DNA of 64,000 bases from Albugo candida (taxonomy: Eukaryota). A program made the translations under genes and the position numbers. The DNA lies in the NCBI GenBank assembly GCA_040437565.1, contig JBDOQK010000049.1, forward strand, positions 124,001 through 188,000, given 5' to 3'. Position 1 is the first letter of the stretch; each line of letters starts with the position of its first letter. Under the pieces are notes generated by a model. It made no database searches, was not told the DNA's origin, and worked only from the letters and a program-made list of their open reading frames with translations. Below are positions 36,275 to 46,994 of the stretch, in pieces.

Positions 36275-36780
36275 AGGTCGTCTATCGGTTTATTTTTGGT
36301 GTGTGAGATAATGCCCAAAAGCCAATCGAGGGTTGAGAGGCTGGAGATGGAGATACATCGCATGGAAGAGCGACTGGAAATGGTCAAATCCGCTGTGAAT
36401 GAACAGAAAGAAGCGTGGACTCAAGCGTATGTGGTGGGTGCTCACGGAACGAAATGGAAGAGCGCGATGAAAATAAAGAAACGACAAAAAGCTGTTATTC
36501 CGGACGTCTTGAAGCCGCAGGGTGTATCTCAGCCGCTCCAGTCGAAGAANNNNNNNNNNNNNNNNNNNNNNNNNNNNNNNNNNNNNNNNNNNNNNNNNNN
36601 NNNNNNNNNNNNNNNNNNNNNNNNNNNNNNNNNNNNNNNNNNNNNNNNNATACGGACGGCCATTACGGAGGTTCAGGGCAATTGGATCAGTTTGATGAGG
36701 TCGCTACGGAGTTTGCATTTTTGCACAAAGCGTTGGAGCTATAGAGGTCGTCTATCGGTTTATTTTTGGTGTGTGAGATA

Positions 36781-37272
36781 ATGCCCAAAAGCCAATCGAG
36801 GGTTGAGAGGCTGGAGATGGAGATACATCGCATGGAAGAGCGACTGGAAATGGTCAAATCCGCTGTGAATGAACAGAAAGAAGCGTGGACTCAAGCGTAT
36901 GTGGTGGGTGCTCACGGAACGAAATGGAAGAGCGCGATGAAAATAAAGAAACAACAAAAAGCTGTTATTCCGGACGTCTTGAAGCCGCAGGGTGTATCTC
37001 AGCCGCTCCAGTCGAAGAAGACGAAATCGCAAAGACCTCATAAGCCAAAAAGCCATGTATCGAGTGTTCGGCTTGCGGTTGGATCACCCAAGCCGCACTG
37101 TCGTATTTTGAAGAAAGTTTTGCCTCGTAAACGCTCTCTCCGTCAGCTATCACAACGTATCAAAGTCTCAGAGACATCCATTCCCTCACTTTCCATAACC
37201 AATACATTACGACATCACCGTCACTCTCCGATATACTCTACTTCCAAAGGCTCCTCATATCTCCCATTATAG
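36781..37272 (+). CDS. Hypothetical protein with N-terminal coiled coil (3' structure uncertain, probably spliced)
   Basis: ATG 36781 gives MPKSQSRVERLEMEIHRMEERLEMVK. The partial duplicate at 36311-36549 is a gap overlap. Confidence 0.5.
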   Translation: MPKSQSRVERLEMEIHRMEERLEMVKSAVNEQKEAWTQAYVVGAHGTKWKSAMKIKKQQKAVIPDVLKPQGVSQPLQSKKTKSQRPHKPKSHVSSVRLAVGSPKPHCRILKKVLPRKRSLRQLSQRIKVSETSIPSLSITNTLRHHRHSPIYSTSKGSSYLPL

Positions 37273-37832
37273 AGCCTTATATGTCGTTGGTAATTGGTCA
37301 GAAGTGGCTCCGAATGGTTCCTTTTCCGAGGCGCAAGATCGAGTTTGGAGTATTTCTGACTCAAGCGAAATCTCAATGAAATTTAGTAGCTTTTTTTTGA
37401 TTTCTTGCACATGGATCAGCTGAGTCGGTCTCTGATCTATCAAGATAGCCCATGAACCCACCTTAAGGAGTAATTGACGCCGATTGCGTAGAGAGACTGG
37501 ATAAGAAGAAGATGAGATTGTAATCGTGTGAATTTCGTGGAGATTGGTGTTTTTTCGGAGATGGTGACGCGATGTTTGCGCGAATACTCGTTTATGATCG
37601 TACTCTTCTTTCACTAAAGTGAAGCGTTTATTATGATTTTTTTTGCTGATAGCAAAAGTGTCTATTGTGCAATCTATCTATGCAATAAGTTCCCCCTACT
37701 CATCGTGCATTTGACGTAATATATCGCTCAAAGTGTCGCCATACGCGTAGTTGCTTTTCTAAGATCGCCTAAAGTACCGTACATCTCATAATTCATTTGC
37801 ACATTGTGCCGATGGTACAAAAGTCTCGGTGA

Positions 37833-38405
37833 ATGGAAGGGACAATGACAACCGTGCTGAACGCAACATGCACATTAGAAACGCCGTCCCGAGGTCCATA
37901 TCCGCGACAGAGAGACCCACGTACTGCTTCGTCGAAGGATCAAGCGTGTCGCGTGAATCCGCTCTCACAAACTCCCAATCTATCGGATGGAGCTCCCATT
38001 CGCACAGCGTCTTCTGTATTGATGCTAAAAACCGACGCTCCTTCAAACGACTGTGAAATCGACTCGTGTGCGTCTGTCATAGATACCAATTCAACGGAAT
38101 CGTTTGAAAAATGGAAGGAAGAAGAAGAAGAAGAAGAATTGTGGAAGGATGCGCTTCAGGCGCGTGTGAATCAGTTGGAGCAAAAAATCAGTCGGATCGA
38201 TCTCTCCACTTACAAAAAGACGGCCAATGCTCCGACGTCGCATTCGATCGCTGATTTCGCTGTTTCGGAGAGCCAATCGACCGTTAATTTCGTACTCGCA
38301 GCTTCAAAAAATCGCCATAATCAGACTTTCTTGGTGCCCGAAAGTGTTCGCTACCACCCAAATGTGCGTCCAAATCTCATTTACACCGATAACTTCCTTT
38401 TTTGA
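37833..38405 (+). CDS. Hypothetical protein
   Basis: 190-aa ATG ORF with a poly-Glu stretch and short coiled coil. It may splice to downstream exons (38.4-38.9 kb). Confidence 0.45.
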   Translation: MEGTMTTVLNATCTLETPSRGPYPRQRDPRTASSKDQACRVNPLSQTPNLSDGAPIRTASSVLMLKTDAPSNDCEIDSCASVIDTNSTESFEKWKEEEEEEELWKDALQARVNQLEQKISRIDLSTYKKTANAPTSHSIADFAVSESQSTVNFVLAASKNRHNQTFLVPESVRYHPNVRPNLIYTDNFLF

Positions 38406-39194
38406 GCGCTCTTTTACCCGTAGACACGCTCGGTTGTATCGAATTGCGCACTGGATAAAGCACAAGCAGTCAAAATATCTCGAAAGAAATCAGGCACAGG
38501 ATGCAGCGGTCGAAAATCGAGATTCTGCAGGAGATTCCGTCGAGAAGAAGCAGAGTCCTGTTATTCGAAAAAAGCGATCAGTACGTCGATTGGTTCTCCA
38601 TCGTCTTCTCAATTGAGCTCACAAAGCGCGGAGGATGTTGGGTCTCAAGTACCGCAAAGTGAGGCCGAAAGGGTTCGCCAATTTATTGTCAATGATATTA
38701 GAAATGTAAGTGAAATGCGGTTGTAATTGTATTCACATGTGACCTTTATCCAATCTAGCTCACAATCGATCGCATTTTGGAAGAATGTAAACGCAAACAG
38801 TTCTTAGAAGCGTATTATTTTCAGGCCGAAAGAGACAAAGGCGCAGAAAGTTTCGATTGTGCATCCAAAGAGGATCTGTCCAAAGCAACTTGATGCTGGA
38901 CTGCGACGATATCGACAACACCACAGCCAAATGGCTCACATTCTATTTATTGATGGTAATGTCACAGACACTTGACCATAAGAGAACACTCGAAAGTGTG
39001 TAGACTCTTGATGTCTCTCGACACGAACAAAAGGAGTAATTGGCGTGCCCGTATTGTAGCTCGGATGTTTTTTGTATCAGTTTCGTGCCAGTGAATACAC
39101 AAACGCCAGATTCTGATCTTGTCTTTGACCGATTTGTGCTGCTGGAGCCCGAGGCTTTCTATTGCAAAAATGCCGCTTTTCGAGCTGATCCAGC

Positions 39195-42100
39195 TCATAA
39201 AATCACATCGATACTGGGGATCACACGATGCTCTTTCAGTTCATGTGCAAACCAAACCAAAACTTCTTGCTCCAGCTCCAAGAATTTTCCCTGATACATA
39301 TTGGGTGTTCCAGGTGCAACTTGCCCTCGTTTTCTCACATTTCGACTGAAATCGGGGCTGTCTGCTTTCAGTGGAAGTGTGATTCGCGGTGATCGTTGTC
39401 TTTGACGCATTGGGATTTTTGTTTTGGAGACTATCAAATGCTTAAAAAAGCCTTTGACACGCGACCAGAGGTTTCGTAGAGATTGCCACAGCACGAAACC
39501 TTCTTGGACCGGGCCTAGATTACTCGACTGGAGACGGATGTGGAATGTCAAATTGAGCAGAAATTCGATGTGACTGTCGTATTCAATTTCGATCTGGATA
39601 GGATGATGGCCGATTTTGCTTCGTAGTAGCGCCGCTGCTGTCGCTGCCGACGATACTAGAGCCAACGCTGACTGTGTGGTGGTTGCGTTTGCCGGTCCGT
39701 TAGTAGTTGCATCTCCAGAAGTTCCAAAGACACCGACAATCGCTACATTGGCTGCAGCGTTCTTGGCAGCTTCAGCAGCAACCTCCACAGCAGCTCGTTG
39801 CTGAGACCTTTGTTTGCAACTCTCGATCCAAGCGTTGAAGGCTTTTACGATACGAGCTCGCCAGGCCCGAACACTTGTGCGTTGTATTTGTATCAATCCA
39901 CTGGCTGTCAACGATTTCCTAGAGCTTCGACTCCGTACTTTGAGCTGTTTATCGGTGTAAGGCTGCCCGTACCCTGGTTTCTCAAACCACATGACACGAC
40001 GCAATTCAGACGTTGGCTGTAGGTAACTTTCTTGTTTTTCCAGTGGCCGTGTGCTCAGAAACCTGTGGTAGGCGGTCATATCGACGACCTTATTCATCTT
40101 GATTCGAAGCACGTGATGGCCGGTAGAATTCCTCGCATCGACGTGCTGTTTCCATCGGAAGAGCACAACGACGAAAAGGAGCATCCAGAGAATATTCAGG
40201 AGGAAAAATAGCATGGGGATCTCGCTAATCGGACCGACAATACTTTTCTGGATCCAAGTGGGCACAGAATGCAAGCCCAAGGCACCTCCATAGACGCGAT
40301 CCGCAATGGTGAATGCAAAACTCGCAGCCAAAAGGTAACAGGTCGATTCCAATGAGACTTTCGCTTCCGCCAAAACCTGATTGGAAGCATCGTCTAATTG
40401 CTTCGTATTGGATTCCACGTTTCTGAATATGCCTTTAAGCTGTGTTGTGTTCAAGACCTCGGCCATTTGACGCAGATTCATTATCTCATATTTCGCTCCA
40501 TGAACGAGTTTCTCTAAATCTCGTGCACGCGATAATATCTCTTCATGCTGTTTATCGAGCTTCAGGACCCCGTAAATGGCTTCTTCTTCCTCGCTTGGTT
40601 CGGACGATTTGACTGGGATCTTGATGATCTCGAGAGACTCCAAAAGGTACCCGAGGGTATCCGTGAACAGGATCAGGTCATTTGTGCTTTGACTCAACAT
40701 CGTTCGAATGCGCGCAACGTGGTTGGGGTCTTCTTTTGTATGAAGAATTAGATTGCGAATCTCTTTCAAATGCTCTTGGAGAACGAAAATACGGTTGAAA
40801 AAGCTTCGAAGGAACATTTCACGACATAAGAGCGAAAAGTACGACACCAGTAAGCTTTCAAATCGCCGAGCAGCCGGACCAACGATCAAAATGCCTTCTC
40901 TTCCCAGCATCAGAAGGGAATCTTCTCCAATTCCGAAAGCACAATGAAGATCGCCGAGTATTTGCTTGAGCTCATTCTCGTAATCACCACGATCCAAGTA
41001 CTCGTTGCTGGACATGAATGGGTAGATTTCGTCTGCGAAAATGAGGTTAAACTTGCCTCGATTCGCGACATCCCCGAGATACGTCACGTCCAACAGCGAT
41101 GTTTGGTAGGAGGAGAGCAGGTCGTCCATAATTTCCGAGGAATCCTGATGAATATCTACAAGAAGCCGAGATAATAAGTCGACGGAAATGCTGTCTGACA
41201 ACTGATCCATGATCGCGTCCACATGAATGCCGTAGAAAATCGTCCCGTCGACGTGTAAATGGATCCCAAAATTCTCAATTTGAACGATCCCATCGTCTTC
41301 AGGAAAATGGATTTCGGCCTCAAAATTGATATAACGAGCAGGATCATAATCGAGAATTCGCACTTGTGTCAGTCCAGGCGGAACTTCAAACTGCGTATCG
41401 GTCGGCCGATCATCAATGAGCGAGGTGAAGAGGCCTCCTTGACATCGATCCATGGACCCGAGTCTTTCGTTCAATGCGATGATTTGGTTCGAGCCGAACG
41501 GAATCCATTCTCCAATGATGCAGACCGCATTCGACAACACAATAGCTTCCGATAACGCGTCTCGGATATTGGACTGTCCGTGCGCCGATTCTTTGCTCCT
41601 GTGAGCATTCGACGATAAGACCTGGCGAGATTTTGCACTACGAACGCACTCGGGGATGAATGGTGACGAAACATACGAAACATCTTCCGTCTCAGTAACC
41701 TGAGAATATCGAAAGTAGCCGATTGATTCCAGAATGAATTTTCCCTCTTCATCAAAGGTCAGTTCTGCAGCATCCGTTTCCTGCTGCTTTTGCTGCTGTC
41801 TCAATGCGAGATGCTTCTCACTATGACTCAGTAGCGAGTATTTTGTAGTAGGGCCAATCAAGTTCGAAACAGCAGCTTTTTTGGTGTCAATATGCATTTT
41901 GAATGGAATATAACGAATTTGCAAAAGCTCACGACGATAAGGTTTTGGTGCAAAAATGAATTCATCGACTTTATGTTTGAAATCTTTCCCAACTTGCTTC
42001 AATAACTCGAATCCTCGCAATGATACTTGAAAGGCTGTGACAGAATGATAATCTCGCGTTGATAATTTCAATCCGTTGACTAAATTGGCTTCTCTCAAAT

Positions 42101-42737
42101 CGTCAATGGCCGATTTTCCATCCTGAGAAGTATTGATCCAGATTCGCTTGGGTCTTCCGTCTTGAGCGACCATCAGTGCAGCGGGCGCATAATCGAAATT
42201 CAGCACACCGGCTGCGATTCCTTCATACATAAGCACCAAGAGCGGTATCTGACGGATCCAGGACTCCCTGTCCTGCGGGGTCTTGGCGCAGCTTGCATAC
42301 CTCGACAGCATGTACAAAATCATCACATGATCAACAGGCCAAGTCTCTTTAACCGTATCGCTGGAATCCTCTCCACTCGCCGCATTTGGAAGTGAAAATG
42401 TGAGGTCATCTAAACGCTCTGATTCTGCAGCACCGTGTGTTGTATTCCCAGCATCCTGAGCGCTACGCTTTCTATCGGTTAACGTCAAAGAGCTTCTCCT
42501 CGACGTTACTTTTCTCGAATTGGAAGGCCATATTGCCTGTTGTGTGATTTCTCCTATGCAGTGGCTTTGAATTGTATCGACTATGGTCTCATTCGCTTCT
42601 TCTAGCAGTGAGTCCATTTTGAATGAGTGAGTAGAGGAATTGGAGCTCGTTTTTGAAGGTTCTCGATCAATAGTCGGTATTTCTTCCTCAAAGTGACACT
42701 GTCCAGGCAATTTAGGCGATATTGAGCTATTTTCCAT
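39195..42737 (-). CDS. Large conserved-looking protein of unknown function with two C-proximal TM helices
   Basis: Uninterrupted 1180-aa ORF with a globular core, a long helical/coiled region and two hydrophobic helices (CYLLAASFAFTIA; MLFFLLNILWMLLFVVVLF). Confidence 0.85.
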   Translation of the reverse strand: MENSSISPKLPGQCHFEEEIPTIDREPSKTSSNSSTHSFKMDSLLEEANETIVDTIQSHCIGEITQQAIWPSNSRKVTSRRSSLTLTDRKRSAQDAGNTTHGAAESERLDDLTFSLPNAASGEDSSDTVKETWPVDHVMILYMLSRYASCAKTPQDRESWIRQIPLLVLMYEGIAAGVLNFDYAPAALMVAQDGRPKRIWINTSQDGKSAIDDLREANLVNGLKLSTRDYHSVTAFQVSLRGFELLKQVGKDFKHKVDEFIFAPKPYRRELLQIRYIPFKMHIDTKKAAVSNLIGPTTKYSLLSHSEKHLALRQQQKQQETDAAELTFDEEGKFILESIGYFRYSQVTETEDVSYVSSPFIPECVRSAKSRQVLSSNAHRSKESAHGQSNIRDALSEAIVLSNAVCIIGEWIPFGSNQIIALNERLGSMDRCQGGLFTSLIDDRPTDTQFEVPPGLTQVRILDYDPARYINFEAEIHFPEDDGIVQIENFGIHLHVDGTIFYGIHVDAIMDQLSDSISVDLLSRLLVDIHQDSSEIMDDLLSSYQTSLLDVTYLGDVANRGKFNLIFADEIYPFMSSNEYLDRGDYENELKQILGDLHCAFGIGEDSLLMLGREGILIVGPAARRFESLLVSYFSLLCREMFLRSFFNRIFVLQEHLKEIRNLILHTKEDPNHVARIRTMLSQSTNDLILFTDTLGYLLESLEIIKIPVKSSEPSEEEEAIYGVLKLDKQHEEILSRARDLEKLVHGAKYEIMNLRQMAEVLNTTQLKGIFRNVESNTKQLDDASNQVLAEAKVSLESTCYLLAASFAFTIADRVYGGALGLHSVPTWIQKSIVGPISEIPMLFFLLNILWMLLFVVVLFRWKQHVDARNSTGHHVLRIKMNKVVDMTAYHRFLSTRPLEKQESYLQPTSELRRVMWFEKPGYGQPYTDKQLKVRSRSSRKSLTASGLIQIQRTSVRAWRARIVKAFNAWIESCKQRSQQRAAVEVAAEAAKNAAANVAIVGVFGTSGDATTNGPANATTTQSALALVSSAATAAALLRSKIGHHPIQIEIEYDSHIEFLLNLTFHIRLQSSNLGPVQEGFVLWQSLRNLWSRVKGFFKHLIVSKTKIPMRQRQRSPRITLPLKADSPDFSRNVRKRGQVAPGTPNMYQGKFLELEQEVLVWFAHELKEHRVIPSIDVIL

Positions 42738-42865
42738 CCACCTGATGCATTCTATCAGCAGAGCATTAGAGTATCGAGTCGGCGTCTCGTAAAGTTGCGA
42801 CGTTTGCGTATTTCATACCGTTATGTATCGATATCCTAATGTATAGTATACAATTCCATTGTGCG

Positions 42866-43501
42866 ATGGTAAATGTGTTTCTTCAGCGCCCTAATGTCTC
42901 ACGTTTCTACCGCATTTCTTTCGTTCTCCTGTAGGCAAATACACTCGCTACATATTTGACATCGATACGACACTCCCTGGAAGGTGCTTTATGTCTTCGT
43001 AACTTTCCTTCGCAAGTTATTGAACGTCACAACAAGCCAGAAATTGAGCTCAAGTAAAAGTATACAAATCGTGTGTGTACCATTGAGCTTATTGTTTCTG
43101 ATGATTGTAGATTAAGCAAAGAACTGATTTTGAATCCGATTTTGATCTGCCGCAATGAGAACGAGAAATGCTTGATTGAACCTTCCATCAATTCGACCCG
43201 CGTGAGTGTTTGTGTCAAGCAAACCGATGAAATTGAAGTCATTTTGTGTCACAAATTCACTCGTTTTCTGATGCAACGAGCCGAGCAATTCATTATCATG
43301 CGAAGAGTACCGGTGGAAGGATACCACATGAGCTTTCTTATCACACACACTCATTTAGAAAATTTGTACAAACACAAATTGATTGATTTTATTATCCAAT
43401 TCATGGAAGACATTGACAAAGAGATCAGTGAGATGAAAATTTCTCTAAATGCCAGAGGAAGAATTGTCGCTACAGAATTTATGAAGCAGTTCACTTTGTA
43501 A
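42866..43501 (+). CDS. ARPC4: Arp2/3 complex subunit 4 (p20), 3 coding exons
   Basis: ATG (42866-42868), intron 42869-42934, [29 protein letters not shown], intron about 43054-43110, then [36 protein letters not shown]. Confidence 0.95.
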
Positions 43502-43583
43502 AGGTCCGGTCAGTTTCATGTCGAGATTGTATCCAACCCATTTCCACACTTTCAAAGCTGTATCTGCAGCTGGAATGGATCCA

Positions 43584-44426
43584 TCACATGATACTACAGG
43601 CATATTGATTATCAGTGGCAGTATTGGATTCCACACATGGTTGAAGCTTGCCGATAAAGCATTTTTCTAGAGTCTTTCGTGCTTTCTTTGAATGAAAATT
43701 CATATCTTTAGTACAATCCATTCCACCTGCTTTTCGCAATATCGATTTTGAGCCTCCCGGATGCGCCATGAGTAGTCCTGTCACATCATACACATTCTTC
43801 TTGGAAACGATCCAGCAAGAATCCACTCCTCGATGATTCCGTACTTCACAAAGACACAGTTTATGGAGACCACTACATCGTTCCGGGACGTCTTGGGATA
43901 TGCTTGTGCATGCGTCAGAGATATCATATCGATCCAAATCACTTATGCGCGATGTCAGCACAACACTCTTCCCCATTCGCTTCCCTGAAAGTGTATTGTG
44001 ATATGACTCTGAAACCACAGACGGCATTTGAATGGGCTGACACGCTTCACCGACGCAAATATCGCCTGATTTCGGTCGTTGGATCACGAGATCCTCCTCA
44101 TAATCGACACAAACTAGCTCATCTACTTCCTCGCTAGCCTTCTGATCCAGACGTATATCCTTCCCCAGATCCTCCACATCCAAAGTGTCGTTCCCCGAGT
44201 CGTTCTGATTGCTGTCCGACGCTAAAGACTCGTCAGCTTGGGGCTGATTGTCGTATTTACCGCAGTAATTATTTTGTGATTCTTTCGGCTGTGTTGCCGA
44301 TGACAAAAGCGGCGATTCCGGACAAATAAAGTGATCAGAATGATACTCAATCGGCATAGAGCAAAGCAGCGTGCTGACTTGCTCAAATGACACGCCATTT
44401 GCGCATCTCGGACTTAATTGACACAT
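43584..44426 (-). CDS. Cytochrome b5-like heme-binding domain protein with C-terminal CaaX (CSIM)
   Basis: EVRNH..CWIV..VYDVT..HPGG..AGGMDCTKDMNFHS..IGKL, ending ACSIM*. First ATG at 44426. Confidence 0.85.
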   Translation of the reverse strand: MCQLSPRCANGVSFEQVSTLLCSMPIEYHSDHFICPESPLLSSATQPKESQNNYCGKYDNQPQADESLASDSNQNDSGNDTLDVEDLGKDIRLDQKASEEVDELVCVDYEEDLVIQRPKSGDICVGEACQPIQMPSVVSESYHNTLSGKRMGKSVVLTSRISDLDRYDISDACTSISQDVPERCSGLHKLCLCEVRNHRGVDSCWIVSKKNVYDVTGLLMAHPGGSKSILRKAGGMDCTKDMNFHSKKARKTLEKCFIGKLQPCVESNTATDNQYACSIM

Positions 44427-44622
44427 CAAAGTCGAATTACAAATGACTCCTTAGTGGCGTAAAATGCTGCTTTTTGAGACGACAACAACACAAAAAGACG
44501 TCGTTTTCTAGAGCGTAAAAAGCTTCAAGTGAGAAAATATAACGATAGTGAACGCCGCATCAAATAAAAATAAAAGCTAACACAGTAACTCTCTCCAAAT
44601 TATGGCGCTTTATGCACCATAA

Positions 44623-46937
44623 ATGGACGACGTAAATGAGTTTATCAATAGCGTAGAAGCAAGCACACATAAACTCTTACAGCAAAATAAGAAATTGCAG
44701 CAAATTGCTCGCACCACTGCGTCGCGTAAAAATGAAAAGAGAAAAAAAGTCCCGAACGCGTCTATGGATGCGATTCTCTCACACCCAAATAATGTGATGC
44801 AAGTCTTACCTTTTTTAGCCTTTAATTCGCCAAAAGATGCGATCTCGAGCTCTCCGTCAAAGGAGTGTTTGAAATCGCTCCCAGCTGTGCAATCACACGC
44901 CTCCAACGGCCCACACAAATCTCCCAACAAAGTAAATACGCGATCGAATGTTGAAAGTATGTTTCATAAAGCTGATCATGTCGACTTGCTGCTGAGAAAA
45001 TTGGGCTTACATGCACCACGTAATGACACAAAGCCTGTGGAATTCCGTATGTGCGCTGCGTGCTGGTCAGATCCAACGAAAAGCACACATTGCGCACGTG
45101 ATCACCGAATGAGAGTTTCTGCAATGGAGGCGCATGCAGTCGCTGATAATCTCAAAATGCATGGCCCTACCAGTTGGTCCACATATGATTTGTGTACGAC
45201 TTATCGACGAGGAAGTGAGGAAAACATTCGAAAGACTGAATGCAGTGATCTTACACATCCAATTTACAAAATGTATTACTCGCGTCTCGATCGCGAATAT
45301 TGCTCAATTTTGGAGAAATTTGACGCCCACGGCTCCATGAAGAGCCTGGACGGAGGCACGGGACACCTATCGACTTTGATTCGAGAGCATATGGAGGATG
45401 TTCGCCGTCGGGTTTTTCTTATCCGAATGAACGATTACCAGGAGCCGAGAAGAGTCGATCGTCCCCGGAGCCAGCTGTCTCCTCTTTCGACTCGTAAATT
45501 ACACAGTGAAAAGTATGCTGAATCCATAGAAAACACTGCGGATAGCAGTCCCCATGTCACATCGACAATTTCGTCGAAAAAAGCAAAATATCGCATGCAA
45601 GTCTTCTTGAATGTCACTTGGAGTCCACCTTTATCGCGTGGTCATTCACCGATGTGTCTCTTTTCACTCAGACTCGATACTCCTGTGCCCTGCAGGCGTT
45701 ATATCGCCTGGAATTCAGGCCTTGAACGTATAACGGAATCAGGCGTTTTAGAGTCGAATTGCCAGCTTTTTGAAAAGTCTTTCCGGGTATCGTATCAGCA
45801 TCAATACACTTTCTTGTCGGTGACAGTCTCCCATGAATTCTCTTTCCTGTCCATCATCCCTTCCAAGAAGGAAACCCGGAATCACGCAAAGCCGATACCT
45901 TGGGCAGGATCTCACATTCAGCCCGAGTCTCAAGGCTTTAAATTAAGCAAATGTTACGCAAACGATATCACTCTCCAAAAAGGTCAGTGCTGTGGGAAAA
46001 CAAAAGCGTTGCAAAGCAAAATTTGCTCACTTGGAAGAACTGACACAAAAACGTTGAGGAATCGAATCGAACGTGGAAAGAACGAGCCTCTTTTATGCAG
46101 ATTGATAATGCAATTCGATACTGCGATCGCCATCCGTTATTCCCGACTGCCCCAGCCTTCAGGAAGCGGGCTCGCCAAGTCACAGACCGAGCCTCATACC
46201 AATCCATCGCATACACCGTTCGACCAGGTGGCAATATCTTTCCATGCACAAAGAAAACCATCCGAAATGACCCAATTCCTGTCTCGGCCTCACACAATCT
46301 TTCCCTGGAATGCTCTTCAGAATCAAAAGAACGACGCAATGCTGGCTGGAATAGCTCACCCTCGAGACACTAGACCCTACAAAACTCAGAATAGAACCTT
46401 GGAACCATCGACACGTTTCATTACCAACATCATGAGAGAATTGTTAATCAGAGCTCATTCCTTCCCACAAGGTCGCACTCCATCTTCCGATACGCAAAGT
46501 CTTGAAGAAATACATGCAAAGGCGATGGCTCATGCGCGAAATAGCAATTTTGAAGGAGTATGTTTCGCATTGTTATCTTTATCCAATTCTCATTTTCCAA
46601 TCTTTCAGGTCGAACTCATGCTCCAATCGGGTATCGACGTAAATGGACGAGACGAGCTCGGGAACACATTACTCATTTTGGTTGCTCAACAGGGCAGCAA
46701 GCGAATTGCAAAGCTCTTACTCCGCAATCGAGCCGCAGTCAATGCACAGGTACATCGAAAAAGATCGAAGAAATCTCGTGTATTACTCACTGCTCACTTT
46801 AGAATTTGCATGGGAACACTGCACTCCACTATTCGTATCAATACAACCATACATCGCTCACGGAATACTTGATAGAGAAGGGTGCTAGCGACAATATCCA
46901 AAACGTGGGAGGTCTCAGCTGCTACGAAGGGATCTGA
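44623..46937 (+). CDS. Ankyrin-repeat protein (C-terminal ANK), spliced
   Basis: GIDVNGRDELGNTLLILVAQQG, intron 46750-46802, then NLHGNTALHYSYQY..KGASDNIQNVGGLSCYEGI*. A probable in-frame intron lies at about 46558-46608. Confidence 0.85.
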
Positions 46938-46994
46938 ACGAGATTAGGAATTCCAAGCTTTTGCGTGCAGTGGAACCAGTGATTTTGGCTCGGG

